This document shows, one piece after another, positions 48,696 through 58,600 of a DNA stretch of 64,000 bases. The DNA lies in contig OZ242029.1 of NCBI GenBank assembly GCA_965205015.1, positions 3,520,001 to 3,584,000 of the forward strand, in the 5' to 3' direction. The stretch is from Candidatus Poribacteria bacterium (GTDB lineage Bacteria; Poribacteria; WGA-4E; WGA-3G). Positions within the stretch are counted from its first letter, which is position 1; each line of letters opens with the position of its first letter. The position numbers were made by a program, and so were the translations under genes. The notes under the pieces are model-generated. The model worked only from the letters and a program-made list of their open reading frames with translations, was not told where the DNA came from and searched no databases.

Positions 48696-48941
48696 TTATA
48701 ATGTTGCCTCCTTGGTTACCATTCTCCGAATGGCAAAACTGTTGACTATTGAGAGTCACTCTTACAAATCCAAAACGCCATAGATTTATTCACGAAAGCG
48801 AATCTATATCCACCGATCGAGATTGGCGGTTTTAGATTCGGAAAATTCGGTAAAAATGGTGCGTCAAAACTGATTTTATGTTTTTAACATAGCATAACTG
48901 CAAATTTTAGTCAAGAAATAAGTAAGAAGAATTTATTGCAA

Positions 48942-51062
48942 TCATTTTACAATACTCAACTTCCCAATTTCTTGGACAAGTATATCTGCCTGCAGTGCGG
49001 AAATACGGTAAATATAGATGCCTGGCGCAAGAGGGGCACCGTTGCGTGTTAGAGGGTGCCATTCAAATTTACCTTGCGTCCCTACAGTTTGTCGCGTTTC
49101 ACTATAGACGAGATCCCCTGTTGGTATAAAAATCTCAAGGTTAATATTGTCAGCAATCTGCGAAGCAGACAGTCGATAGGCGAATGTCACGGCTGTATCG
49201 CCGGTAAGGAATGGATTGGGATATACTTTTACCTCATCAAGTGTGAAATCTCCTGCCTGAAGTTGCTCTACACGCAACCGGTAAGAATCAACACTGCTAA
49301 ATCCACCCTCTGATTCCACGACAATATAGAATGTATCTGTCTTGTCGGGTTGATAGATGAGTTTCAATCCCCCGATATCGGTCGCATTTTCCGCAGTCGC
49401 GATCATTTCACCCGTTGCTGCGTGGAGGGTCAAGCGGTAGTTTTTGCCCAGTGGGATGTCAGCCAGCGTCACCAAAATCGTGAAGCCACGAGTTGCTTCT
49501 AATTTGTAAACATCACGCGTATCGCCTGAATCGAAAAGAAACGATTCATAGGTCTGTCCATATATAATATGGAACGCAGTCGCAAATGTGTCGTTCGGTT
49601 CGTAAGTATCTCCGAACGACACAAGAATAGGGATCGTTCGACCTTCGCGTCCGATATTCGTGATAGAAATACCGGTTACAGTGCCGTCGTTGGCGTTACT
49701 ATTTGGCACGGTTCCGGGTGTAAAAGCCGTCTGTTCATCATCCGCAGAGTAAGCGGCACCGTCGGTTACTGTTTGTATATCTATAAGTTCAACATCGTCT
49801 TGCTGATAGATGCCGAGATGTTCGGGATCCGCTGGGTCTTCAAGCCAAATCTGTTGAGAGGCATCAAAGGTCCCAAGCGGGTAAGGGTTCGTCTCGTCGA
49901 TATGCCAAATCAGGATACCCGATTCAGGTAGGAAGGTATCAAAAATTGCCCCTGACGTTTTGTCTCGATTCTCTATGAGGAAGAACTCTGTGGCTTCTCC
50001 GCCAATGGGTGTTGCTGACGAATGAATATCAATTTTGAAGAGTTTATTATTTTTGGGACCGAGTTCAAAACTCGGAACATCAATTTGTTGGTTTTGCGTT
50101 ATCTGAACGGGTTGAATCCAGCCGAGGCGTCCATTTTGCGGCCGCGCATCAAAATCCCATTTGAGGTATCCCATAATATGGCTCGGCCGTAAACCGTTCC
50201 CGACCCCTAATTCCTCCGGACCTTGATAGGGACCGAATTGGCTCATCAATCCCCATTTATGGTCTCGGGCGTCTGTGAAGTCAAAGTTATAAACGTCGGG
50301 CGCACCGAAATCGTGGAAGAACTCGTGGAAATAGATGCCCAAGTGCGGGTGTTCAAAATCGGGTTCCTCGGCTACGATAGCAGTGGTATCGACACGGACC
50401 CCATCATGGACAGCATTAACACCGGATATGAGAAGAGACTGGATATCGTAATCAATAATACCTGTCGAGGCTTGGTCATTTCCTGAATGGATAAGCATAA
50501 CGTGGTCGACGATGCCGTCATTGTCCCTGTCATATTTTGAAAAGTCAACGCTTGCGTCCACAGCCTCGCACGCTTCCCGGACCAATTCTCGGTAGCGCGC
50601 AAGGATTCTGATGCCTTCGCCGTAATAGGTCATCGGTTTTTTGGCACGGATCCATGTGTTGCCTTTCGGAATGACACCCCCCATCGGACCGGGCTGGATA
50701 TCCATCTGTCCATAAGAATTTTCACGATAATACGTTTTGAGGGAAACACCTTCCGATGCAAAAAGATATTTATCGAACGCTGCCCCTTCCCTACGTCCGG
50801 GCATATCAGCAAAATCTATTTTCAAAGCGAGGACGTATTCTATGCCATCCGACTGCAAGACCCCTTGTTCTCTGGCGAAGCAGCATTCTTCGAGAGCCTC
50901 AAAAAATTCTATTCTGCTTTGAGGGGTTTTCGGCACGAGTTCGCCGCTTGCTGAATCTTCAGTAAAATAGAGATATGGATTTGGCGGGGCAGCGATGCTT
51001 AGCGGAAGAAAGAGGGCTAAGATCATGACACCAATCGTTAAACGCTGCAAGATTCTTCGCAT
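48942..51062 (-). CDS. M6 (immune inhibitor A-like) metalloprotease with PPC-like and T9SS-CTD-like domains
   Basis: YYRENSYG, DRDNDGIVD, HEFFH, EFFLIENR, GILIWHID, DTYEPND, VKVYPNPF...GIYIYRI. Confidence 0.85.
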   Translation of the reverse strand: MRRILQRLTIGVMILALFLPLSIAAPPNPYLYFTEDSASGELVPKTPQSRIEFFEALEECCFAREQGVLQSDGIEYVLALKIDFADMPGRREGAAFDKYLFASEGVSLKTYYRENSYGQMDIQPGPMGGVIPKGNTWIRAKKPMTYYGEGIRILARYRELVREACEAVDASVDFSKYDRDNDGIVDHVMLIHSGNDQASTGIIDYDIQSLLISGVNAVHDGVRVDTTAIVAEEPDFEHPHLGIYFHEFFHDFGAPDVYNFDFTDARDHKWGLMSQFGPYQGPEELGVGNGLRPSHIMGYLKWDFDARPQNGRLGWIQPVQITQNQQIDVPSFELGPKNNKLFKIDIHSSATPIGGEATEFFLIENRDKTSGAIFDTFLPESGILIWHIDETNPYPLGTFDASQQIWLEDPADPEHLGIYQQDDVELIDIQTVTDGAAYSADDEQTAFTPGTVPNSNANDGTVTGISITNIGREGRTIPILVSFGDTYEPNDTFATAFHIIYGQTYESFLFDSGDTRDVYKLEATRGFTILVTLADIPLGKNYRLTLHAATGEMIATAENATDIGGLKLIYQPDKTDTFYIVVESEGGFSSVDSYRLRVEQLQAGDFTLDEVKVYPNPFLTGDTAVTFAYRLSASQIADNINLEIFIPTGDLVYSETRQTVGTQGKFEWHPLTRNGAPLAPGIYIYRISALQADILVQEIGKLSIVK

Positions 51063-51096
51063 GGACCAAGAGAGAGAATGTAGGACTAAAACAGGC

Positions 51097-52392
51097 TTAA
51101 TCAAACTCCCCTCCACACTTCCTGCACAAAATATAGAACTGGATATCATCGGATTGGGCATGTTGTATCATGAGATCAACCGCCTGTTGCGGCAGATCTG
51201 CCGCACATTTCGGGCATTTATAGAGTGAACCTTGTGTTTCTGGGAATTGAGTGATGTCGCCCCATATATCCTGAAGCCAGTATTTAAATTCCCAAGGGAG
51301 TTCAGTGTTGACAGCGGTTGCGATCTGGACAGCGTGGCGGATGAGTTTTTGGCATTCGCCGATAGAAGCAGGTTCGTAGGGGTGCGGCGCATGTTTAACG
51401 GGAAGCGAGTTCCCCCCTGTTTCAGTTTGCGTGTTGAAATCGCGGGTACGGGTAAGCAAAATTTGGTCTAAGCGTGAACCGGCTTCCCTCCCTTTAGACC
51501 AGAGGCGGTAGTAACCTGCCCGTTTAATGTGAAAAAATGCTGGGTTGATACCTTGTTTGGTATTTACGACACTGTCCGGTCCCGTATTCCATAACCAGCG
51601 GTGCCATTTAGAAGTATCATCCGGATCGGGACAAATTCGAATAGCTCCTGGACCTCCATCCCTATCCCAGGGTTTGGCAAGTGCATCATCCATACCGATC
51701 CAATATGAGTCCTTACTCCATTCAAAGAACGCGCGACCCCAGAGGTACCATTTTCCTGTCTTAGGGATATAAATTTCGTGTATTGCCCGGGCGCCCTTCA
51801 AACTGTCAATAGCTCTTCCACCGGAGGCTTCTTCATGCTCGACCATTCTCACACCCTTATCGAGATGGATTGCGGCCTCTGCTTCAATAACGAGTGTATC
51901 CTTTGGTAGACGAATCGGCTCTTTAGGTTCGTCATTGTCCGGTTCTGTAGGTTCCATGAGATTGTAATTCTTGGCAATCCTTTGTGATACCTTCTCAAAC
52001 TGTTTCTCAGAAAGTTTGGCATCAAAAAAGCAATCTCGAATCCCTTTCTTCCAGAGGTCGAGGAGGAGGAACATCGCTTTCAGGTTGCCATCTGGATGTT
52101 TCCGGGTACCCACCACGATTAACATACCGGTATCCTTAGAACGACTGATTAAGCACCGATGCAATGGAAAATCAGGGGTTTTATGGGCTCTGCTGGAGAC
52201 AATCAGGGGTGCGTAATATCGGCATTTTTCATCGCAACCCGGAATCTTGGCACGTTTGGCTCTACAACATTCCGGGCAAATTAACATACCGTTAAGTGCC
52301 GGACAGATCCGTTTGCCACTATCTGAGCGACACGTTCGACATCGTTGGCGTTTAGGCTTTCTATTTGAGGTTTGGTATCGCTGACGTCGCAT
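51097..52392 (-). CDS. Cys-rich hypothetical protein with inserted carbohydrate-binding-like domain
   Basis: N-terminal CxxC...CP...CxxCC...C...C; C-terminal CPKC/CRKC; central IEAE...GREAGSRLDQILLT. Confidence 0.65.
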   Translation of the reverse strand: MRRQRYQTSNRKPKRQRCRTCRSDSGKRICPALNGMLICPECCRAKRAKIPGCDEKCRYYAPLIVSSRAHKTPDFPLHRCLISRSKDTGMLIVVGTRKHPDGNLKAMFLLLDLWKKGIRDCFFDAKLSEKQFEKVSQRIAKNYNLMEPTEPDNDEPKEPIRLPKDTLVIEAEAAIHLDKGVRMVEHEEASGGRAIDSLKGARAIHEIYIPKTGKWYLWGRAFFEWSKDSYWIGMDDALAKPWDRDGGPGAIRICPDPDDTSKWHRWLWNTGPDSVVNTKQGINPAFFHIKRAGYYRLWSKGREAGSRLDQILLTRTRDFNTQTETGGNSLPVKHAPHPYEPASIGECQKLIRHAVQIATAVNTELPWEFKYWLQDIWGDITQFPETQGSLYKCPKCAADLPQQAVDLMIQHAQSDDIQFYILCRKCGGEFD

Positions 52393-52484
52393 GTTTCTTC
52401 CAAAAATGGTAATATGGTGGGCAATCTCACCAAAGAAAATATACCTTGATCGAGTTGTAAGGGATTTATCTCTAACGAAGGAGA

Positions 52485-54785
52485 TTAACTCGGACGATTG
52501 ACGAGATCAGCGAGATATTCAGCAATTTTGTCTGTAATCTGTTGCGCGTCTACATCCGCAAAGTTAAACAGTTCCTTAAGCATAGGGGAGATAGCACCTG
52601 TATCAAGCAAGGCATTTGCGAGCCTACCCATATTACTTCGGTTGAGGCCGCCTTGTCCATCATTGCTCCCCATATCGAGAATTTTGATGCTGTCGATTTT
52701 TTCAACAGGTTTCATGAGTTCTTCAACAATATCAGACGCCTCGTCAATGAGTTCCATAATTGCCTCTTGAACGAGGACGCGTTGTTCAGCGACATTTCGG
52801 GCTTCATATTCTGCCATCTCGCCTTGTGCTTTCGCACGCGCCTCGGCAAGTACAGCATCGGCAAGCCGTTCGATGGGTTGTGCCTGCGCTTCGGCACCAA
52901 TGATTGCCACCTCACGCTGCCATTCGGCTTCTTTCACCTGTTCTGTTGCCGTCACAGTCACTTCTGCACCCATACGTTCAGCTTCCGCGACTAACTGCTC
53001 TTTCTCTGCGAGTGCCGTTACCTGCTGTTTATTCGCAACCTCGATCTTCCGATCCTCGTCGGTTAAAGCGACCTGTAATTCCTGGTTAATGCGAGTCTGC
53101 TCTACTGTCAAGGTTTTCGCAATCTCGGCGAGTGAAACCTGTCGCATCTGATCGATTTGTGCGGTTTCTACAACGAGATTCTTCTCGATTTCCCGCTGTT
53201 GAACCTGTTGTTCCTGACTGAAGCGTGTCGTCTGGACGGTTAAGTCGCGCGTAATATCCCGCAAGGATACGCCCTCTTCTTGGGCAATGCGAGCTTTCTC
53301 GACCATAAGCTCCTTCTCAATATCGCGGGTTTCAACCTGTTGTTCCTGTGCGATGCGTGCTATTTCTACTGTCAAGGTCTTGGCAACTTCGGCGAGTTCG
53401 ACTTGACGCATCTGATCGATTTGTGCGGTTTCAACGACGAGGTTTTTCTCAATTTCCCGCTGTTGGACCTGCTGCTCTTGACTGAAACGTGCGGTTTGCA
53501 CTGCCAATTCACGCTGAATATCGCGTAGCATAACCCCTTCTTCTTGGGCAATACGGGCTTTCTCTACAGTCAATTCTTTCTCTATTTCACGAACGGCAAT
53601 CGTCTGTTCTTGCGCGATTCTCTGCATTTGAACGACGAGATGTTGCTCAATTTCGGCGAGTTGCACAACTTTGGATTGCTCAATTTGTTGTGTTTCGACG
53701 ATGAGGTTTTTCTCAATTTCACGTTCCGCGACGATCTGTTCCTGTTGGACGCGAGCGACTTCGATGTCGCGGTTCATCTCGATTTCACGTTCTTGGATGA
53801 CCTGTTCTTGTCTAATACGTGCGCGCTCAACCTCCTGCTTCATCTCGTATTCACGTTCTTGCACACCCTGTTCCATCTCAAATTGGAATTTGAGCGTCTC
53901 GGCTTCCCGTTCCGCGGCATAGATGGCAATATTTTTCTGCTGGTCGGATTCTGCCCATGCTTGTTGTTGTTCGGCTTCGAGTTTCTGTATGCGGGCATCG
54001 ACCTCGATCTGAACAATGGCGACCTCTTTTTCTTGTACAATCCGTTCTTTTTCTCGTTCCTGCTCGGCTGTGATTTCGGTGATTTCTCGGATACCGACGG
54101 CGTCAAATCGGTTTTCGGCATCAAGCGTTTCAACGGGGGTCTGATCTACCCGAATAATAGATACAGTTTCAAGCGTTAAACCGTTCTGGGTTTCCAGATC
54201 CTCACCACACGCCGATTGCACCTTGTCAGCAAACTCTTGGCGTTTCTGGAGGAGATCTTGAATATCACTTTCGGCTGCAACACTTCGCAATGCGCCCTCG
54301 AGTTTCGGTTCAATTAATTCGCGCACCGTCTCTGGCGTCATAGATTTATCGCCGAGCGCTTGTGCAGCGCGTAAAATATCGGTTTCTTCGGGTTCAACTT
54401 TAAGGTAGAAAACAACTTCGACATCACCGCGGTTAAAGTCGTAGGTAATCAAAGCCTCCGGACCTTCTCGTATCACTTCAATACGCATGGTATTCAGAGA
54501 GATCTCTTTGATTTCATGGATAATAGTATTAACCCAGAGACCCCCAGTGATACGAATTTTTTCTTTTGCACCACCCGTTCGCACAAGGGCGACATCGGCT
54601 TTGGGGATACGGTAGCGAATAACTGTCGCCGCAAAGGTCGCCAGACTCGCGAATAATACGAAGAGAATGACTGTCAACCACCGTATGACCTCGTTTTGTC
54701 CAAAGCGGTCGAGGTTTTGATATGCAAACCAGCCAACAGCGACTGCAACGGCTATTAAGAAAACGATAGCGGCAATGAAACGCAT
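52485..54785 (-). CDS. Flotillin/SPFH-domain protein with expanded coiled coil
   Basis: Two TM helices, ALVRTG, ISLNTMRIEV, GLTLETVSI, NRFDAVG, KPVEKIDSIKI. Confidence 0.9.
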   Translation of the reverse strand: MRFIAAIVFLIAVAVAVGWFAYQNLDRFGQNEVIRWLTVILFVLFASLATFAATVIRYRIPKADVALVRTGGAKEKIRITGGLWVNTIIHEIKEISLNTMRIEVIREGPEALITYDFNRGDVEVVFYLKVEPEETDILRAAQALGDKSMTPETVRELIEPKLEGALRSVAAESDIQDLLQKRQEFADKVQSACGEDLETQNGLTLETVSIIRVDQTPVETLDAENRFDAVGIREITEITAEQEREKERIVQEKEVAIVQIEVDARIQKLEAEQQQAWAESDQQKNIAIYAAEREAETLKFQFEMEQGVQEREYEMKQEVERARIRQEQVIQEREIEMNRDIEVARVQQEQIVAEREIEKNLIVETQQIEQSKVVQLAEIEQHLVVQMQRIAQEQTIAVREIEKELTVEKARIAQEEGVMLRDIQRELAVQTARFSQEQQVQQREIEKNLVVETAQIDQMRQVELAEVAKTLTVEIARIAQEQQVETRDIEKELMVEKARIAQEEGVSLRDITRDLTVQTTRFSQEQQVQQREIEKNLVVETAQIDQMRQVSLAEIAKTLTVEQTRINQELQVALTDEDRKIEVANKQQVTALAEKEQLVAEAERMGAEVTVTATEQVKEAEWQREVAIIGAEAQAQPIERLADAVLAEARAKAQGEMAEYEARNVAEQRVLVQEAIMELIDEASDIVEELMKPVEKIDSIKILDMGSNDGQGGLNRSNMGRLANALLDTGAISPMLKELFNFADVDAQQITDKIAEYLADLVNRPS

Positions 54786-54827
54786 TCAATTCTCCTATCT
54801 TTCACTTTCAAGATACGCCTAAAAATT

Positions 54828-56243
54828 TTACCGGAAAATGGTCTCGCTGCTGAGATGCGTCCGGTATCGTCCCTTGAGCGGTTGACGGGGGGAGGTCTGC
54901 CACGCAAGATTTGCTAAGTAACAGAGAGCATTCTCGATGAGAGGTTTCGCGAGAGTCGTCCGATATGTATCCCGGGTATCAGCTGCAAAAGCGACATAAT
55001 ACCCGTCTCCCCATTGTAATTGCACACTGATCGGATCCCCGTTATCCTCTCTGACAGCCAATTTTCGGTAACTTCCGTCGTTTGTCACCCAATGATCATC
55101 GGTTACGAGCGTATCTACATTCACCTTATGGGGCCAGGTAAACATCCCTGTTTTTTGCCCGTCATCGGTGATCCTGACGTTTCCGTCGTTGGAATTAATC
55201 ACACGAATTGGGTGGCGATTCACTGGCAGCCAGTCGCCACGCCATGTCGGTTCAGTGGTATGGACACCATCCGGGGGTGTAATATTGTTGTCCATTGCGG
55301 AAGCCCAAACAATCCCACCCTTCCGAACAAAATCCTGAATCGCTTGGTCGGCGTCTTCAACGAAATATTCGCCGTCATGCCCTGTCGCGAACCAAGTGAA
55401 CCAGATGATGTCATACTCCGAAAGCGTAATACTTGAGAGTTTGATGGCGTTGTTCGGATCCCCACGATTATCGGGATTGTCATTGATATGGACAGTCGTG
55501 AAGTGGAATTCTAATCCTTCAATAGTGGTGAGCGACTCCAAGACTGCCGGCTCACCCGTCGAATTATCACCAACAACAACCAGCACGCGGAATACGCCTA
55601 ACGGCACAATTTTTATCGAAGAAATAATATCTGAAAATGATTGCGAATGGGGCAAGGATCTGAGATTCCGAAGTGCCAATTGAAATTCTTGTGAACTTAA
55701 ATTGAGGTTCAATCGCCGACCTTCAAAGTTAACATGCTCGTAGAAAATAATATGACATCCGCTGAACGGAAAACTCGGACCGCGCTGGATTCGGATTGAC
55801 GAAACGGTATCGTTCATACCGATATCAAACATTGAACTGACATCGCGCATAATAACGCTCCGTTGCCCGTTATAATCTACGTCCTGAAACACTTCGATGA
55901 TGACAGGCACGGCGCCATACTCTGGTGGTGTTGGATGCGCCGATGGGCTGAAACTAATAGATGTAATCGCGTCTCCGAAGTTGTAAGGGATGTCATGAAT
56001 GTTTGGATAGAACCCTGGCGCCAGTACCAGCCGGCGTCCCTTATAGTTATCATGCTCATGAAAGATGGCTTTGTAGTTGGGGGACGCGTTGAATCCTGGT
56101 CCCTTGTAGATTTTGATCGAAGAGATAATATCTTGTGCACCAATCTCTCCAGTGTTCGGGACCGATTCAACAATCGTAACCTTACGTCCATGAAAATTCA
56201 CATGTTCAAAGACTTCAACGACGAGCCTCGGCATGTTGGTCAT
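54828..56243 (-). CDS. Beta/gamma-crystallin domain protein with C-terminal alpha/beta domain
   Basis: Four Greek-key motifs (FEHVNFHGR...DIISSIKI and similar). Confidence 0.8.
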   Translation of the reverse strand: MTNMPRLVVEVFEHVNFHGRKVTIVESVPNTGEIGAQDIISSIKIYKGPGFNASPNYKAIFHEHDNYKGRRLVLAPGFYPNIHDIPYNFGDAITSISFSPSAHPTPPEYGAVPVIIEVFQDVDYNGQRSVIMRDVSSMFDIGMNDTVSSIRIQRGPSFPFSGCHIIFYEHVNFEGRRLNLNLSSQEFQLALRNLRSLPHSQSFSDIISSIKIVPLGVFRVLVVVGDNSTGEPAVLESLTTIEGLEFHFTTVHINDNPDNRGDPNNAIKLSSITLSEYDIIWFTWFATGHDGEYFVEDADQAIQDFVRKGGIVWASAMDNNITPPDGVHTTEPTWRGDWLPVNRHPIRVINSNDGNVRITDDGQKTGMFTWPHKVNVDTLVTDDHWVTNDGSYRKLAVREDNGDPISVQLQWGDGYYVAFAADTRDTYRTTLAKPLIENALCYLANLAWQTSPRQPLKGRYRTHLSSETIFR

Positions 56244-56252
56244 CAAGTTCTT

Positions 56253-56294
56253 CGGGTTGGAAACCCCCGCATTGATGCCAGGGTTTCCAACCCG
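56253..56294. promoter_or_regulatory. Perfect 14-bp hairpin between an SD-like sequence and the crystallin gene start
   Basis: Minus strand AAGGAG-CGGGTTGGAAACCC-14 nt-GGGTTTCCAACCCG-AAGAAC-TTG-ATG. Confidence 0.55.
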
Positions 56295-56471
56295 CTCCTT
56301 AGTCTTTAGGCGTAACTTGAAAATGAAATTGCAGGTAAAATTAAAATACCATTAGCAAAAGCAGTTTGTCAAGGGAAACTTTTCTTTTTTCTTGAATCTC
56401 TGAGAAAAATATGATAAAGTATAGGCAAGAGTCTTGGAAAGAACTCTTTAGGGATGTAAGATGGAGGAAAT

Positions 56472-57347
56472 ATGATGTCTTACAAAAGAGTGCTTCTGAT
56501 TTTTTCGATCACAATTATAAGTATTGCGTTAGTATATTTTTTGGTCCGGATGGAGCAATCGGTGAAAAAAGAAACGGTAACCTCACGTCCAGTCGCACTG
56601 CCGTATAATTGGATCGGGAATATAACGCAATCGCAAATAGCGGAACCCTCTGGTATTACCTACCACCCGACCCGACGGAGTCTATTTATTGCTGATGATT
56701 CAGGGAGTGTCCATGAGGTAAGCATAGAAGGTAGGCTTCTTCAGTCAAAAGGATTAAACGAGCGGGATATTGAAGGAATTACCGTGAACCCGAGTACGGG
56801 TTTACTTTACGCGGCTGTGGAAGATGACGAAGCGATCCTCGAGCTTGACCCAGAAAATCTCACCATTCACAGGGAATTTAGAATCGGCAGAAACTTTAAA
56901 GGTGAACAACTCCTAAGAAAAGGGGGCATGGGTATTGAAGCGATCGCTTTCGTTCCAGATGCCTCACATCCGGAAGGGGGTACTTTTTGGGTCGGTAATC
57001 AATCCTTCAGTCTTAAAGCGAAAGATGAACCCTCAGTCGTCTGCGAAGTCGTTGTGCCTCTGCGTTCCGCGACAGAAAAACAGTCAGAAGGGGCGATCAT
57101 CCACGCTTATAAAATGAACTTCATTGACATTTCCGGCTTGGCTTACGATGCTCAAGGCGATTTTCTGGTCTTAATCAGCGATACAACAAACCTCTTAGTG
57201 GAACTCAAACGGGAAGGCACTATTCTAAGGCAATACCTTTTACCCGGGGATGAACAGGAAGGGATTGTGTTAGACGGACACGGTTATATGTACCTCGCAC
57301 AGGAGAACGGAAAAATTATCAAATTGGCAGATCGGCGACTGCGTTGA
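56472..57347 (+). CDS. SdiA-regulated (YjiK-like) beta-propeller protein
   Basis: N-terminal TM; EPSGITY, DIEGIT, DISGLAYD, QEGIV repeats. Confidence 0.8.
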   Translation: MMSYKRVLLIFSITIISIALVYFLVRMEQSVKKETVTSRPVALPYNWIGNITQSQIAEPSGITYHPTRRSLFIADDSGSVHEVSIEGRLLQSKGLNERDIEGITVNPSTGLLYAAVEDDEAILELDPENLTIHREFRIGRNFKGEQLLRKGGMGIEAIAFVPDASHPEGGTFWVGNQSFSLKAKDEPSVVCEVVVPLRSATEKQSEGAIIHAYKMNFIDISGLAYDAQGDFLVLISDTTNLLVELKREGTILRQYLLPGDEQEGIVLDGHGYMYLAQENGKIIKLADRRLR

Positions 57348-57358
57348 ATGAAGATACC

Positions 57359-57607
57359 TCAGTTTCTCGATGTTTTTTCGCTTTTCGAATCTTTGTTGGT
57401 TTCTTCGCCATCCCCTTCAAGGCGCAACACAGCGATTCCTGGAACCAAATCTAATACCAGATTGATGGATGCGTACTGTTCTGCTGTATGACCACAATCG
57501 TGACGCCACAGGATCTGCACATTGCCTTCATCGTAGAGGATTCCGTGCGCGAGGTTCTTACCATCAACATTTTCTAAGTGGAAATACCTGCGGCGTTTTG
57601 CATCCAT
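57359..57607 (-). CDS. Small hypothetical protein
   Basis: 82-aa ORF filling the gap downstream of mqnD. Confidence 0.55.
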   Translation of the reverse strand: MDAKRRRYFHLENVDGKNLAHGILYDEGNVQILWRHDCGHTAEQYASINLVLDLVPGIAVLRLEGDGEETNKDSKSEKTSRN

Positions 57608-57673
57608 GATGTTGCTCGGTGTACCAAAGGGATGAGGGGTCGGACCCCCCTTGAGAAAAATAGATCGAAAAGG

Positions 57674-58513
57674 CTATTCAAGCGAGACAAAATCAGCATC
57701 TACACGGTGCGGAATAATCCCAGCAGCACTACCACGGTGAAGCAATTCCCGCACGCCTGCTCTACCTTTTTCCCCGTAATCAAGCGTGTAGTCATTGACG
57801 TACATTCCGACAAACTTATCGGCGAGCGAGGTTTCCATGTCGCGTGCGTAAGTCATTGCATATTCTAACCCGCTTTCTCGATGTTCGAGTGAGTACTGGA
57901 TGCTCTGTTTGAGTAATGCTGTTATCTGACGAATTTTTTCGGGACCGAGGTTACGACGAATGACATTCGCACCGAGAGGCAGCGGCAATCCTGTTTCCTC
58001 ATACCACCACTCACCCAAATCAATGACCTTGTGAAACCCTTCACGGGCGTAGGTTAATTGTCCTTCATGGATGATGAGTCCCGCATCGACTTCATCCTGT
58101 TGGACGGCATCCAATATTTTATCAAAGGGACGCGGTTCTGCCTCAAAATCTGATTGGAAGAGACGAAGCGTGAGATAGGCGGTCGTCATTTTACCGGGGA
58201 TAGCGATGCGTTTCCCGGCGAGTGTGTCCAGGGGTTCCTTGGAAACGACAAGCGGACCGTACTGATCGCCGATACTCGCGCCGCAAGGCATGAATACATA
58301 ATCCTTCGCGACGTAAGCGTAGGCGTGAACCGAGATGGCTGTAACCTCAAGTTCGGCGGCAAGTGCGCGTTGATTGAGGGTTTCAATGTCTTCAATGACA
58401 TGAACAATTTCATAAGGATCCGTCGGGATTAACCCTTTGGCGAGCGCGTAGAACATGAAAGCATCGTCGGAATCTGGGCTATGCCCAATCCGAATTTTTT
58501 CTGTCTGTGACAT
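57674..58513 (-). CDS. mqnD: 1,4-dihydroxy-6-naphthoate synthase (futalosine pathway)
   Basis: GHSPDSDDAFMF, IIHEGQLTY, DLGEWW, PLPLG, MYVN. Confidence 0.88.
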   Translation of the reverse strand: MSQTEKIRIGHSPDSDDAFMFYALAKGLIPTDPYEIVHVIEDIETLNQRALAAELEVTAISVHAYAYVAKDYVFMPCGASIGDQYGPLVVSKEPLDTLAGKRIAIPGKMTTAYLTLRLFQSDFEAEPRPFDKILDAVQQDEVDAGLIIHEGQLTYAREGFHKVIDLGEWWYEETGLPLPLGANVIRRNLGPEKIRQITALLKQSIQYSLEHRESGLEYAMTYARDMETSLADKFVGMYVNDYTLDYGEKGRAGVRELLHRGSAAGIIPHRVDADFVSLE

Positions 58514-58600
58514 GGTATTCCTTTTTGGTATCAGAGTGTCGTTTTTCTTTAGATAGTGATATAATCAAATTGCGAGGACGCGAAATTCTCTTAAAAATAA

